Part shown: positions 1 to 10,700 of the stretch, piece by piece
Position numbering within the stretch: position 1 is the stretch's first letter
How the letters are laid out: the number at the start of each line of letters is the position of its first letter
Assembly (NCBI GenBank): GCA_043228905.1
Contig: JBHGNT010000524.1
Location: forward strand, 1-21,707
From: Azolla caroliniana
Lineage: Eukaryota; Plantae; Polypodiophyta
Length of the DNA stretch: 21,707 nucleotides
Direction: 5' to 3'
Position numbers and translations under genes: made by a program
Notes under the pieces: generated by a model
Databases searched by the model: none
Seen by the model: the letters and a program-made list of their open reading frames with translations, nothing else
Told to the model about the DNA's origin: nothing

Positions 1-463
1 AAGGAGCTAGATTTCCAAGGTTGTACAACATGCACTACAAATCATTATCTTTAGCATGATAATAAAGCAAAGTGTTTGTTTCTATGTGTTATTCTCTTTA
101 GTGAATGTTAAAATGGCACGATAATGATATTATATAAGAGTATAAAAGACGAAGTTTTAATATGAGTTTAAGATGAAGGGATGATTGTGATAATATCAAA
201 AGGTATACCTTGTTGCATTGCCATCACAATACCGGTAGCAAAACACATGATTCTGACATAGAACTTCATCTTCTCTTTTCATTTGCATAAAGAGCAAAAA
301 GTAAAAACATAATCCATAGAGGCTTCAATAATGACCTCATTTCTTATAAGGGAATTTCACAAAATGGGTTGGGATGAGCAGGAAACAACAACTTGGCTCA
401 CTTTAGAATCTAGATGTAAAAATGGGATTCAAATTCTGAACTTTTGTCCTTAGAGTTCATTAG

Positions 464-514
464 TGTAAAGAATCGGTGAGGATTCTGTGCAGCAGAAGAG
501 ATATGCGCGCGCGC

Positions 515-553
<39 letters not shown>

Positions 554-850
554 AACACAAGAAAATACAGAAAAACAAAAAACTGTATTAACCCAAGGAA
601 GAATAAGCCAACAACAACAAGAGTTATAAAGAGAAGGAGAAGGTGGTTATATAGTCACCTTCTCTCTAAGTTCTCTCACTGAAACTAGCCCTCGGGAAAG
701 AGGTCTCGTCTTAACTACTTAAAGAATATGTGTCATCGGATGTTAATTTCTATTACACACTAGTTACTATACAAGGAGGTGGGGTGTTCACACACTTGAG
801 TGTCCTAGAGTGCGTTCCCATACATGGGAAGTTGAGTTTGTTTGTCAACA
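464..850 (-). repeat. 3' LTR of copia A
   Basis: tgtaaagaatcgg...gtcaaca aligns end to end with 11931-12313 (about 32 substitutions plus 3 indels outside the GC/GT/GA microsatellite). Confidence 0.95.
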
Positions 851-861
851 CGCACCTTCAA
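851..861 (-). other. Degenerate polypurine tract of copia A
   Basis: The - strand reads ttgaaggtgcg immediately before the TG of the 3' LTR, resembling the usual TTGAGGGGG-type PPT. Confidence 0.55.
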
Positions 862-948
862 ACACAACATCCGGTAATCTAATCATTGGTTCAGAAAAGG
901 TATTCGGGTTGGCCTTGAGTTGACCAACTTCGGCTTTGGATGGTTGGT

Positions 949-1071
949 TCACTCCTGCTGCTCCTTACTCCCCCTCAAGCTCGGTTGGTTGATGGTTGAA
1001 AGACCTAGGTGCGTCATGAATTGCCATAGGTTGTCAATCCCCAAGGCTTTTGTGAAGATGTCGATCGTCTG
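949..1071 (-). pseudogene. C-terminal RNase H fragment of copia A pol (3' side of the B insertion)
   Basis: Translates QTIDIFTKALGIDNLWQFMTHLGLSTINQPSLRGSKEQQE*, containing the copia ADxxTK motif. Continues from ...DLQHVNANL at ~7795-7820. Confidence 0.9.
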
Positions 1072-1265
1072 TGTCATGGACACACCAACCATGGACTATG
1101 TCGGGGCTACGAACTTGGAGCTAGAAGTGACGAGGTTAGGAACTCTATAAGTTGTGAGCGACATGAGAGCATGAAGACAGAGATGAAGAAGGAGACAAGA
1201 TGGAATGAGACGATAGTAAATTGATGTGTCAATGGCTAGTATTAAATCCCTTGAAAGGGACCAAG

Positions 1266-1560
1266 TGTTGTGGAACAAGGTCGTCAGTGTGGAAGAACAA
1301 ACAACATCCTGTGATGGTGAAGAACTTGCGTATGCGAATGAGCAATACAGAGAGAGAGAGAGAGGCACAAAGAATACGTTATATTTCTCAATAGCAATAG
1401 TTACAACAATAACAACCAACCTTAACTAAAGGTTACAAAGTCACTTTATATAGTGACTATCCTAGGGCAACTGCCCTTTATGCTATTTATAAAAATAGTC
1501 CAAACTTGGGTTGTCCAAAGGGACAGTGTGAATACGGCCATTATACACTCGTATTCGACT
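1266..1560 (-). repeat. 3' LTR of copia C
   Basis: About 8 substitutions versus the reconstructed 5' LTR. Uninterrupted (AG)8 at 1349-1364. Terminal base mutated (tcgact versus tcgaca). Confidence 0.95.
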
Positions 1561-1570
1561 CTCCCCCGTA
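1561..1570 (-). other. Polypurine tract of copia C
   Basis: The - strand reads tacgggggag directly abutting the 3' LTR. Confidence 0.8.
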
Positions 1571-1755
1571 ATGGGTGTATACATGGGTTATACTAAAGTT
1601 ACAGGTATGTACAAGGTTGTCGGACAGATCGGTTTTGTTCGAGTCGGCAGGATCCAAAGACTGAAGATCGAACCGGTCGGGTCGAAAGACCTGAAGCCGA
1701 TCCTCAGAGAACCGATGTCAGTGGTCCGAAACCATCCTGTGTTGTGTGTCCAACT

Positions 1756-4700
1756 TTAACCGGACCGATTTTTCGTTACACCCATCTGGTGTTGAAGGGA
1801 CCGAAAGTGATCCGCCAAAAGACACTTGGTCATTCCATCTGCGACATTATCGGTTGTGGATATCTTCTCGAGACTGATTTTCCTTGAAATGACGTAATCC
1901 CGAACGAAGTGATATCGAACGTCGATGTGCTTGGAGGCGTTGTGGTGAACCAGATTCTTTGACAAAGCAATAACACCCTGACTGTCGTTGTAGACAACTG
2001 GAGCCGAGTCTGAGTCGACTTGTCGAAACGTGTGCGCCAGACGACCAAGCCATAAAGCTTTTTTTACCGCGTCGGACGCAGCTACATATTCCACTTCGGT
2101 CTTTGAGGTGGTTGTGCACTCCTAAAGTTTCGACTTCCACGAGATTGCTCCATTGTCGAATTTGAAACAATATCCGATTGTTGATTTCCGACTGTCCACA
2201 CAGCCGGCGAAGTTCGAGTCGGTGTAACCGACTACGCCTGAGGTTGAGTTCGGGCAAAAAAGAATGTCGTGGTCTTTTGTGCCAGTTAGATACCTGAACA
2301 CATGCTTGACTGCGTTCCAGTGCGATCGGCTTGGGTTGTGCATGAATCTGCTGATGACGTGAGAAATATCAGGCCGTGTCGCGACCATCGCGTACATAAG
2401 GGAGCCGACTGCCGGTGCATACGGTACCGACTTCATATCTTCCCCCTCTAGACCGGATGTCGGGTAGTCTCGCTGAGACAACCGAAGGTTAATGGGGAGC
2501 AGGGTCGAAGCAGATTTGGCCGAGTGCATGTTGAAGCGTTCCAAGACACGTCCGATGTAGTCGGTTTGAGACAAGAAAAGTTGTCGTTTATTTGCGATGC
2601 TGACTAATCTTCATACCAAGTATGTGTCTTGTCGGACCGAGGTCCTTCATGGCAAACTTCAATCGCAATTTCCGAACGAGTTCGGTGAGCTCTCCGGCAT
2701 GTCGGTCGGAGAGTAGCATGTCATCCACGTAAATGATGAGGAAGACAAGAGACCCATCTTGAGTTGTTTTGGTGAAGAGACAGTGGTCCTCATCGCTCTT
2801 GGAGAAGCTGATCGACTGGATGAAGTCATCAAACTTCTTGTACCACTGTCGGGGTGCCTGTTTTAGGCCGTAGAGACTCTTCTTGAGTCGACAGACTAGA
2901 TGTTCCTGGCCGGATGCCACGAAGCCCTTCGGCTGCTCCATATAGATTTCCTCCTGTAGGTCACCGTGGAGGAATGCCGTTTTTACATCTAGCTGAATCA
3001 GCTCCAAGTTGTCAGCGGCCACGACGCCGAGCATGAAATGAAGGGTTGTCATTTTCACCACTGGTGAAAAGATTTCATCGAAGTCGACGCCATATTCTTG
3101 TCGAAATCCCTTCGCAACTAATATGGCCTTGTACTTTGGGTTGGTCGAGTCAGACGTCTCTTTTAGTCGATAGACCCACTTACATGGAAGAGCACGTCGA
3201 TTCTCCGGTAATTCGACCAAGTCCCAAGTCTTGTTTGCGCGAATGGAGTGCATTTCCAACTCCATCGCCAGATGCCAGGTGGTTGAGTTGGCAGGTGCCG
3301 ATGCTTCTTCATAAGATGTCGGTTCGCCAACGTCGATAAAGAAAATTCTGGGAGAGTACCTTTCCGGAGGTTGCGACAGTCTCTCGGATTTTCGAGGTAT
3401 GACTGGACTGGTCGCACAGGGTATAGGTGTCGGATGGTCGGAAGCCAAGCCATTCGGCTGTGGTGAATTGGTGGATTCAAGACAAGAGGTGTCAGTTACC
3501 TGTGAAACCGATCTCGTGTTGTGGGCTGGGCCTTCATGAAGGGTTGGCACTTTGGAAAATATTACCCTTCGGACTTCAATAGGCCTTTCGACCGTTTTAT
3601 GCATAGTTGACTCGTTGAACACGACGTCCGAACTTTGGACGATTTTGTCTGTGTTCGGGGTCCCACAGTCGGTATCTGATCTCGCCATCGGGTCCATATC
3701 CAAGGATAATGCATTTCCTTGATCTTGGTTCGAGTTTTCGGCGATCGTCTTTTGGTATGAGGGCATACGCCTCGCAGCCGAAGATCCTCAGCTTGTCATA
3801 ATTCGGCTTACTATCGGTCCATGTTTCCTGAGGTATTTTAATTCCTAGAGGTCTACTTGGCGACATATTTATTATGTGTACTGACGTAAGTAGAGCCTCC
3901 GCCCAGAAGCCATCCGACAGTCCGGAGTGTTGGAGCATGGATACTATGCATTCTTGAATCGTCTGATTCATGCGTTCAGCAATTCTATTCTCCTCCAGAC
4001 TATAGGGTGCCATATATTCACGTCGAATGCCGCGTTCCCGACAAAATTTGACGAATTCTTCAGACTTGAATTCTCCTCCGTTGTCGGTTCGGAGACATTT
4101 CAGTTTCCGACCGGTCTGATTTTCGACCATTGCAAGCCATTCAGAGAAGATTGAGAACACCCAATCTTTGGTTCTTATGGGGTAAGCCCACACCTTCCGA
4201 GTCGAGTCGTCAATAAAACTGACGAAGTACAAAGCACCGCTGAGAGACTAATGTGGCATCAGGCCACAAACGTCCGAGTGGACCAAATCGAGGGGACTCG
4301 ATTCTCTTGGTGCTGATGTCGGGTGTGATATGGCTACCTGTTTGCCGTACTGGCAATGCTCGCAGAATTGGTGATCCGAGAAGGAGAGTTTGGGGATGTA
4401 ACCGGCTTTGGATAGGTGAGTTATGTCGGTCTTGCTGAGGTGTCCAAGTCGTCTGTGCCATAACAATGACACGGGGATATCAACTAGAAATAAGTCACCC
4501 TCTTTGAGTGTGACATATAAAAGGTACAAAGAGTGTACCTTTGTCCTCGAGTAAGCAGGAGGTTCCCTTTGTGGAGTGTCCACCCTCCTGATGAGAACCC
4601 GGCACGGATGCCAGCTTCGTCAAGCTGTCCGACTGAGATCAAGGGTCTTCAGAGCTCAGGAAGGTGTCGGACGTTGTGTAGTATGAGTGTAGAGCCACAC

Positions 4701-5773
4701 GGAAGGTTGAGCTCTACGGTGCCGATTTTGATTATAGCACAGTGTTGCGAGTTTCCAACTCGAACTGAGTCGGAGTGCCAGTCCGAGTATTGCCGAAACT
4801 GAGATAGGTGAGGTGTCACATGATACGATGTGCCCGAGTCCAGGAGCCATGTGCTCGATTCCTCAGTCGTAAGCAAAACTTCTAATTCAATTGGATTCTC
4901 TATGGATAGTATGTTTGGGTCGGTCGTCAAAATTTCGACTAAAGAGCCGATGTAGTTGACCTCCTCATGCCGGCTACTCTTCGGATCCACTCTCTGATCT
5001 TTGTCGGTTTTTGCTTTGAGTGCCTGACAGTCAGCTTTGATGTGTCCTGGTTTCTTGCAGTAGTTGCAGATTCTGTTGTCCCGGGACTTGCTCCGGCTTC
5101 GCTGATTGTTCGGCGGTCAGGAAGAACTTCTTCCCCGGTTGTTCGATCGGTCGGTCGAACCTTGTACTACATAAGCTTCATCTGTCGAGTCTTTGGTGAA
5201 AGACTTTCTCCGAGCTGCTTCAGTCAGGATTGCGCTCGTGACTTCGGAGTACTTAACGGCAACTGTTGAAGCATTGCACACGGTTGTAACGAAAGTTTCC
5301 CATAAAGAGGGGAGACTACTCATGAGTATCATTGCTCTGAGTTCAACCTCGATTGTCGTCCCCTGAGATGAGATTTGGGAGCTTATGCTTTCATACTCGT
5401 TGAGGTGTGCCTGAACCGAATCAGATTCTTTCATCCGCAAGTTGTAGAGGCGCCGGATCAAATACATCTTTGTTGCCGCGACCTTCTTTTCATAAGTTTT
5501 CGACAGTGTTTTCCAAAGTTCAAAAGCCGTCGAGCATGATTGCACTGTGAAGTACACTGACTCCGACAAGTGCATCTGAATCGTGGCGCGAACGATTCTG
5601 TCCAGCTTGAGCCACTCGTTTGCCTTGTATGCTTCTGGAGGATTTTCATTCTCAATCGGGTCTATCTGACCCTTGACTATGAGATAGTCCTGCATTTGTT
5701 CCTTCCAGAAGTTGAAGTTCGAACCGTCGAACCTCCTTAGACTCATCTCCGATGAGCCGGATGTTGATGCCAT
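1756..5773 (-). pseudogene. gag-pol polyprotein of copia C, with premature stops and frameshifts
   Basis: Gag MASTS...FDGSNFNFWK; zinc knuckle CNYCKKPGHIKADC (5027-5068); protease LLDSGTS; GAG-pre-integrase WHRRLGH; integrase FIDD/TDNGGEF; RT LDVKTAFLHG, SLYGLKQAPRQW and YVDD; RNase H YTDS, EY and ADGMTK. In-frame stops at 5117, 4248 and 2122; frameshifts near 4.6-4.7 kb, 3.65 kb and 2.59 kb. Confidence 0.95.
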
Positions 5774-6443
5774 CTGCTTCGGTTTCGGTTGGTAAGACTT
5801 GGTTCGGAGTTGACTACGAACCTTAGTGGGGTGCAGTCGGTCGGCTCACCCGATATCGTTCTAGTCGATTTTGAACCCGAGTCGGTTTGGTTTCGGATAC
5901 TTGTTGTTGAACTTGCTCGGTGTGACTCCGGTAACTTGAGGGACAAAACCGGCTGGTCTTATCGAATGTTGCCAAGTCGGAGTGAGCCCGGTTAGCTTCC
6001 GATTGTATGCCGAATACCGATTACAAGAAACCGATTGTTTGGGCCGATTCTGCTTCGGATGACTGCAGCGATGAGAGGGACGGATCCAACTGATCCTCCC
6101 GGATGTCAATCAACCAAATGAAGCGCGAATTTGGTTGTTGCCAGGAGTCCAATCTGTTGCGGGTGGTTACAACAAGCGGGTGAATAGCGTCCGGTGACCT
6201 ATTCGGATGTCGTTTAACCGAATGAAGCACGATTGGGTCAGGTGTTGCACAGGGAGCTCCCCTCAAGTGATTACAATCACAGGAATAGAGTACAGCTGGC
6301 TGGCTTACTCCAATTTGTAATTTAGCACAGTGAGATGCGAGCTTTTTGTTTTTCTTCTCCCTTCTCTATTCTTAAAAGAAAACGAAAGCATAATGTTGGG
6401 TGGTGTACTATGACGGCCGGCAGCGGATTGAAGAACCTCCAAC

Positions 6444-6455
6444 ACTCTAATACCA
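6444..6455 (-). other. Primer binding site (tRNA-iMet type) of copia C
   Basis: The - strand reads tggtattagagt, 2 nt inside the 5' LTR; canonical sequence is TGGTATCAGAGC. Confidence 0.85.
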
Positions 6456-6457
6456 AA

Positions 6458-6535
6458 TGTTGTGGAACAAGGTCGTCAGTGCGGAAGAACAAACAACATC
6501 CTGTGATGGTGAAGAACCTGCGTATGCGAATGAGC

Positions 6536-6573
<38 letters not shown>

Positions 6574-7279
6574 TTATATTATCATCTTCGGAGGTCAAAT
6601 ATGACCTATGAGACCAAAAATATTACATTTCATGTGATACGTGTGAAAGTGAGTAGTGACTCTTGATGTTCAAGAACTTTACCAATGAATGTTGCAATCG
6701 AGAGTGCACATTGTGGTTGTGATAGGAATTCATGCAAAGATTGGGCTCAATCGAAGAGATGTGGAAAGCATGGTCGAATATGATCAAAGGCAGAGCATTG
6801 TATCAAAGTGTGATACTCAGACTCGCGAACTTGTTTAGGGCAAAGTGTGCATAGCCGACCACTCTCATCAATTGTACCCCAACGCCCTGTTTCACATCGC
6901 AATGCATGTGAGCTAAGTCGCATGGAAGCAATGGTTCGAATGGCAGATAACGGTATGGGCTCTAACATGTATGGATGTGTACGATTTCCCCGTTTCGCAA
7001 AGAATATGGTTTTGTAGTTAGGTGCAACATGTGTAGTATAATGTGTGAAGCGTGAGCCTCCATATTTGTCCCATGTCATGATACATTGACGTTGCAAAAA
7101 TGCCTCATTTACAGAGGAATCTAATGATGCATCATGAAGCAAGTGTCTCGCATCCCATCTACCAAACCATTTTTCTATATCTTGCATCCAACTGGAACAC
7201 AAGATTTTGCTTTTATGCGTCTTTTGGATCTTTTTGCTTGCTTCCCACGCAATTCTAGGAAGTCGATGTGAGGGACTTT

Positions 7280-7316
<37 letters not shown>

Positions 7317-7511
7317 CACAAAGAATACGTTATATTTCTCAATAGCAATAGTTACAATAATAACAACCAACCTTAACTAAAGGTTACAAAGTCACTTTAT
7401 ATAGTGACTATCCTAGGGCAACTGCCCTTTATGCTATTTATAGAAATAGCCCAAACTTGGGTTGTCCAAAGGGACAACGTGAATACGGCCATTATACACT
7501 CGTATTCGACA
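6458..7511 (-). repeat. 5' LTR of copia C, split into 6458-6569 and 7283-7511 by LINE D
   Basis: Both halves match the 1266-1560 LTR, and the break falls exactly in the (AG)n tract. Confidence 0.95.
6570..7282 (-). mobile_element. 5'-truncated non-LTR retrotransposon (LINE D): ORF2 C-terminus plus short 3' UTR
   Basis: Encodes RLSSHALRCETGRW...RLCTLCPKQVRESEYHTLIQCSAFDHIR, a C-x2-C-x9-H-x4-C knuckle of the kind ending ORF2 in RTEX/L2-like LINEs. One internal TGA (6747-6749), after which the frame stays open to TGA at 6630-6632. About 60-nt 3' UTR ending ...aatctat(ct)n. Absent from the sister LTR. Confidence 0.88.
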
Positions 7512-7527
7512 CCAAGGAGGTTACAAG

Positions 7528-7660
7528 TATTTATACATGTTCTAAGATTGAATACTTGTAGAATATACTCGAGAAATATCTCGAGAATATACCCGTTTAG
7601 AATATACCACATAATAATTCTAGAATATACTAACGACTAGAATATTCTCGAATGTACTAT
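7528..7660 (-). promoter_or_regulatory. Promoter of solo LTR B: TATA box plus heat-shock-element-like array
   Basis: TATAAATA on the - strand at 7528-7535. Perfect nGAAnnTTCnnGAAn (aGAAtaTTCtcGAAt) at 7639-7653. Imperfect copies at 7617-7631 and 7560-7574, with repeated agaatatac units. Confidence 0.6.
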
Positions 7661-7789
7661 ACATTAGACTTTATAATATATACAAGTTCACAATCGAATC
7701 TTGACAATTCACAAGAATTTCCATATGGTTAACACAACACAATGTACTGTGTGAGTTAAAAGTCAAAGGTTCGAGTCTAGAATGTAACA

Positions 7790-10700
7790 GTATGCAGGTT
7801 CGCGTTGACGTGTTGCAGGTCGACATCCTCGGCCAGAACACACTCTTCGATGAAGCGATAGTGTGCACTTCAATGTGCTTGGTCCGAGCGTGGAAATTTG
7901 GGTTCCAAGCCAAGTGAATATTGCTCATATTGTCGCAGAAGAGGAGAATTTGATCCTTGTATTTGGCTTTTGTGCTCGACAATGCGATTGTCGGCTGCTT
8001 CTTACTGCTCCAAGAGATGGCTCCGCTACCGAGGGAGAAGACGAAGTTCCTTGAGGTTGATCGTCTGTCGGCTTTGTAGCCGGCCCAGTCGGCATCTGTG
8101 TACCCTTCGAGTTGTGTTGATGTGGCTGATTTGTAGAGGATGTCGTAATCCATGGTTCCACTCACATACCTTGGCACTCGCTTAACACAATTGAGATGGA
8201 TGTCTCACGGAGTTTGCATGAATTGGCTAAGGAGGCCAACCGGGTAACTCCAGTCGGGTCGGGTAATGGTGAGGTAGATTAGGTTTCTGACTAGCTGACG
8301 ATAGAATGTCGGCTCACACTCTCTTGTGCCTAAGTCGACATCTAGCTTTAGGTTGCGATCAAGAGGGGTAGTGATGGGCTTACATTGTGTCATCCCAAAC
8401 TTGTAGAGAAGATTGAGGATATAGTGCCTTTGAGAAAGCATGATGTCGGCAGGAGTCCAAATTACTTCTATTCCTAGAAAGTAATGGAGCTCCTTCATGT
8501 CTTTCATTTCAAATTGGCTAGAGATGAGCTTCTTGATCTGCTCAATGTCTGCTAAGTGCTCTCCTCCTATGACCAAGTCATTCACATAAATGATGATAAA
8601 TACATGTCCTTTGGAGTCACTCCCAATGAACAGAGAGTTGTCGGACTTGGACATATTGAAGCCAATTTGGTGAAGATATTGGGTTATCTTCGAATGCCAT
8701 GCTCTCGGTGCTTGGTCAAGGCTATAGTGAGGCGTTTTCAGTCGACATACTGCTTGTGGGTGTGTGCTCGACTTGAAGCCTGGTGGTTGTACCATGTACA
8801 CTTCCTCATTTAATTCACCTTGGAGAAAGGCATTCTTGGCGTCCATTTGGTGCAGGTACCACCACCCCATGGCTACTACGAGTGCAATCACAGTTCGAAT
8901 GGTAGTCATCTTTGCTACTAGGGCAAAGGTCTCTTCATAATCGACACCGTGCGTCTACGCGTAGTCCTTCGCCACAAGTCGGGCCTTGTATTGATTGACA
9001 GTGTCGTCAACGTTGTACTTCACTTCGAAGATCCATCGGCATCCAATTGCCTTTTGGTGGTGTGAAGAAGGGACAAGATCCCATGTCTCTTTCTTGGAGA
9101 GTGCTTGCATCTCCTGATTCATTGCTTCGACCCATCGCGGGTCTTTAGCGGCTTTAGAAAAGGTTTCCGGCTCTCAAACTGTCGCCACCTTCATCATCAA
9201 TGCATAATGATATGCCACGTAATCGTTGTAGCCAAATCGGTTGACTACTTTCTTCTCTCGGGTGGAGCGACATGGTTCTGGGGTTCTCATGATGGGCACA
9301 TCCAGTCCATCATGTTCATTGTCGAATGAGTGAGTCGATTCATTTTCATCTGAATCTTTGCACTCAGGCATTTTAGCCTTACCTTTGGTGTCTATCTTCG
9401 AACTTGCCCGCAATGTGCTTTGGTCACGTGGAGGCTCGTGTGGACCACTCAACTTGGTTGAGATTGGACTTACCTCTAATGTGAACCTCAGTCGATTGAC
9501 CTCCTCGGCATCTATATCGAACTCAATTTCAACTGGGTTGAATGGAGCTTAGTCGACTGTGTACCAAGATGTCGAGTCATTGAAGACAACATCCCTACTC
9601 ACTCGTACCTTCTTGGTAGAGGGGTTGAAGCACTTATAGCCTTTTTGCTCGAGTGAGTACCCCACGAGAATACATTTTCCGACTTAGGATCAAGCTTCTT
9701 CCTCTTCTCGTCGGGAATATGTACATATGCTATTGAATTGAATATCCTGACATGGGATAGATCCTATTTCTTCCCATAGAACCTCTCAGGGGGGGTAACA
9801 TCATGCATTCTTGATGTTGTGTAGTGATTCATCATATAGACGGTCATATTCACCGCTTCAGCCCAATATGACTTTGGCAGATGTTTCTCGTTCATCATTG
9901 CCCTTGGCACCTCGAGTATGTGCCAGTTCTTGCATTCGTCTACTCTATTCTGTTGAGGTGTGTGTGTGCAAGCAAACTCCTGTCGGATTCCTTCTTGTCG
10001 AAGGTATGTTGTAAAGGCGTCAAAGAAGTACTCTTTGCCGCCATCCGATCGAAGGCATCTTACATGATGATTGGTTGCTTTTTCAACTTCGTTTTTGAAT
10101 TTTTGGAAGTGCGAGAACACTTCATTCTTCTGGCGCATGGGATAAATCCAGGTATGTTTGGAGAAGTCGTCGATGGACGTTATGTAGCAACCACCAAATG
10201 TTGTTGTCTGGGTTGGTCCCCATACATCTGAATGTATTACATCCAAGATCCCTTTGCTTATGTTCCTCTACTTTGGGAACGGTTGTCGGTGTTGTTTGCT
10301 GAATTGGCGAGCTTTGCACACGCCTACGATTTCCTTTTTGGTGAAGGTCAGGAGTCCGGTGACGACTCCTTTTGATTGCATCCCTTTGAGCTTTTGAGGA
10401 TTGATGTGACCAATCCTTTTGTGCCACCACTCTATGTCAGCGTTGGCTCTATGACCCTTGGCATACATTGCCGATTTCATCTCGTGTGAATCAAGGATGA
10501 ACATCTGACCTTCTCTTCAGCTGTGGGCAATGAGTCGGCCTTCTTTTTCGATGAAGCACCCTCCGTCGTCGAAGCGAACTTGCATGCCTTGTTCCACAAT
10601 TTGGCCAATCGAGACCAGGTTCTTCGTTATTGTTGGAACATGCAAGACCTTCTTGATGTAGGTTTGGTTGCCTTCTTCCCCAAATGGGACATTGCCGACA

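Larger units (their letters stand above)
1266..7511 (-). mobile_element. Ty1/copia LTR retrotransposon C (full length, nested in B)
   Basis: LTRs at 1266-1560 and 6458-7511 (the latter interrupted). Perfect TSD CCAAG at 1261-1265 and 7512-7516. PBS, PPT and complete gag-PR-INT-RT-RH present. Confidence 0.97.
1072..7789 (-). mobile_element. Solo LTR B (~467 bp: 1072-1265 plus 7517-7789), split by copia C
   Basis: Ends tgtcatgg... and ...atgtaaca. Flanks are GTCTG (1067-1071) and GTATG (7790-7794), a 5-bp TSD with one mismatch. Removing it restores A's RNase H. No internal domain. TATA box and pyrimidine-rich leader lie on the - strand. Superfamily not determinable from the LTR alone. Confidence 0.85.

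Noticed and set aside
5774-6443. Short ORFs in the ~670-bp leader of copia C
   Set aside because: No recognisable domain; consistent with a GC-rich 5' UTR.
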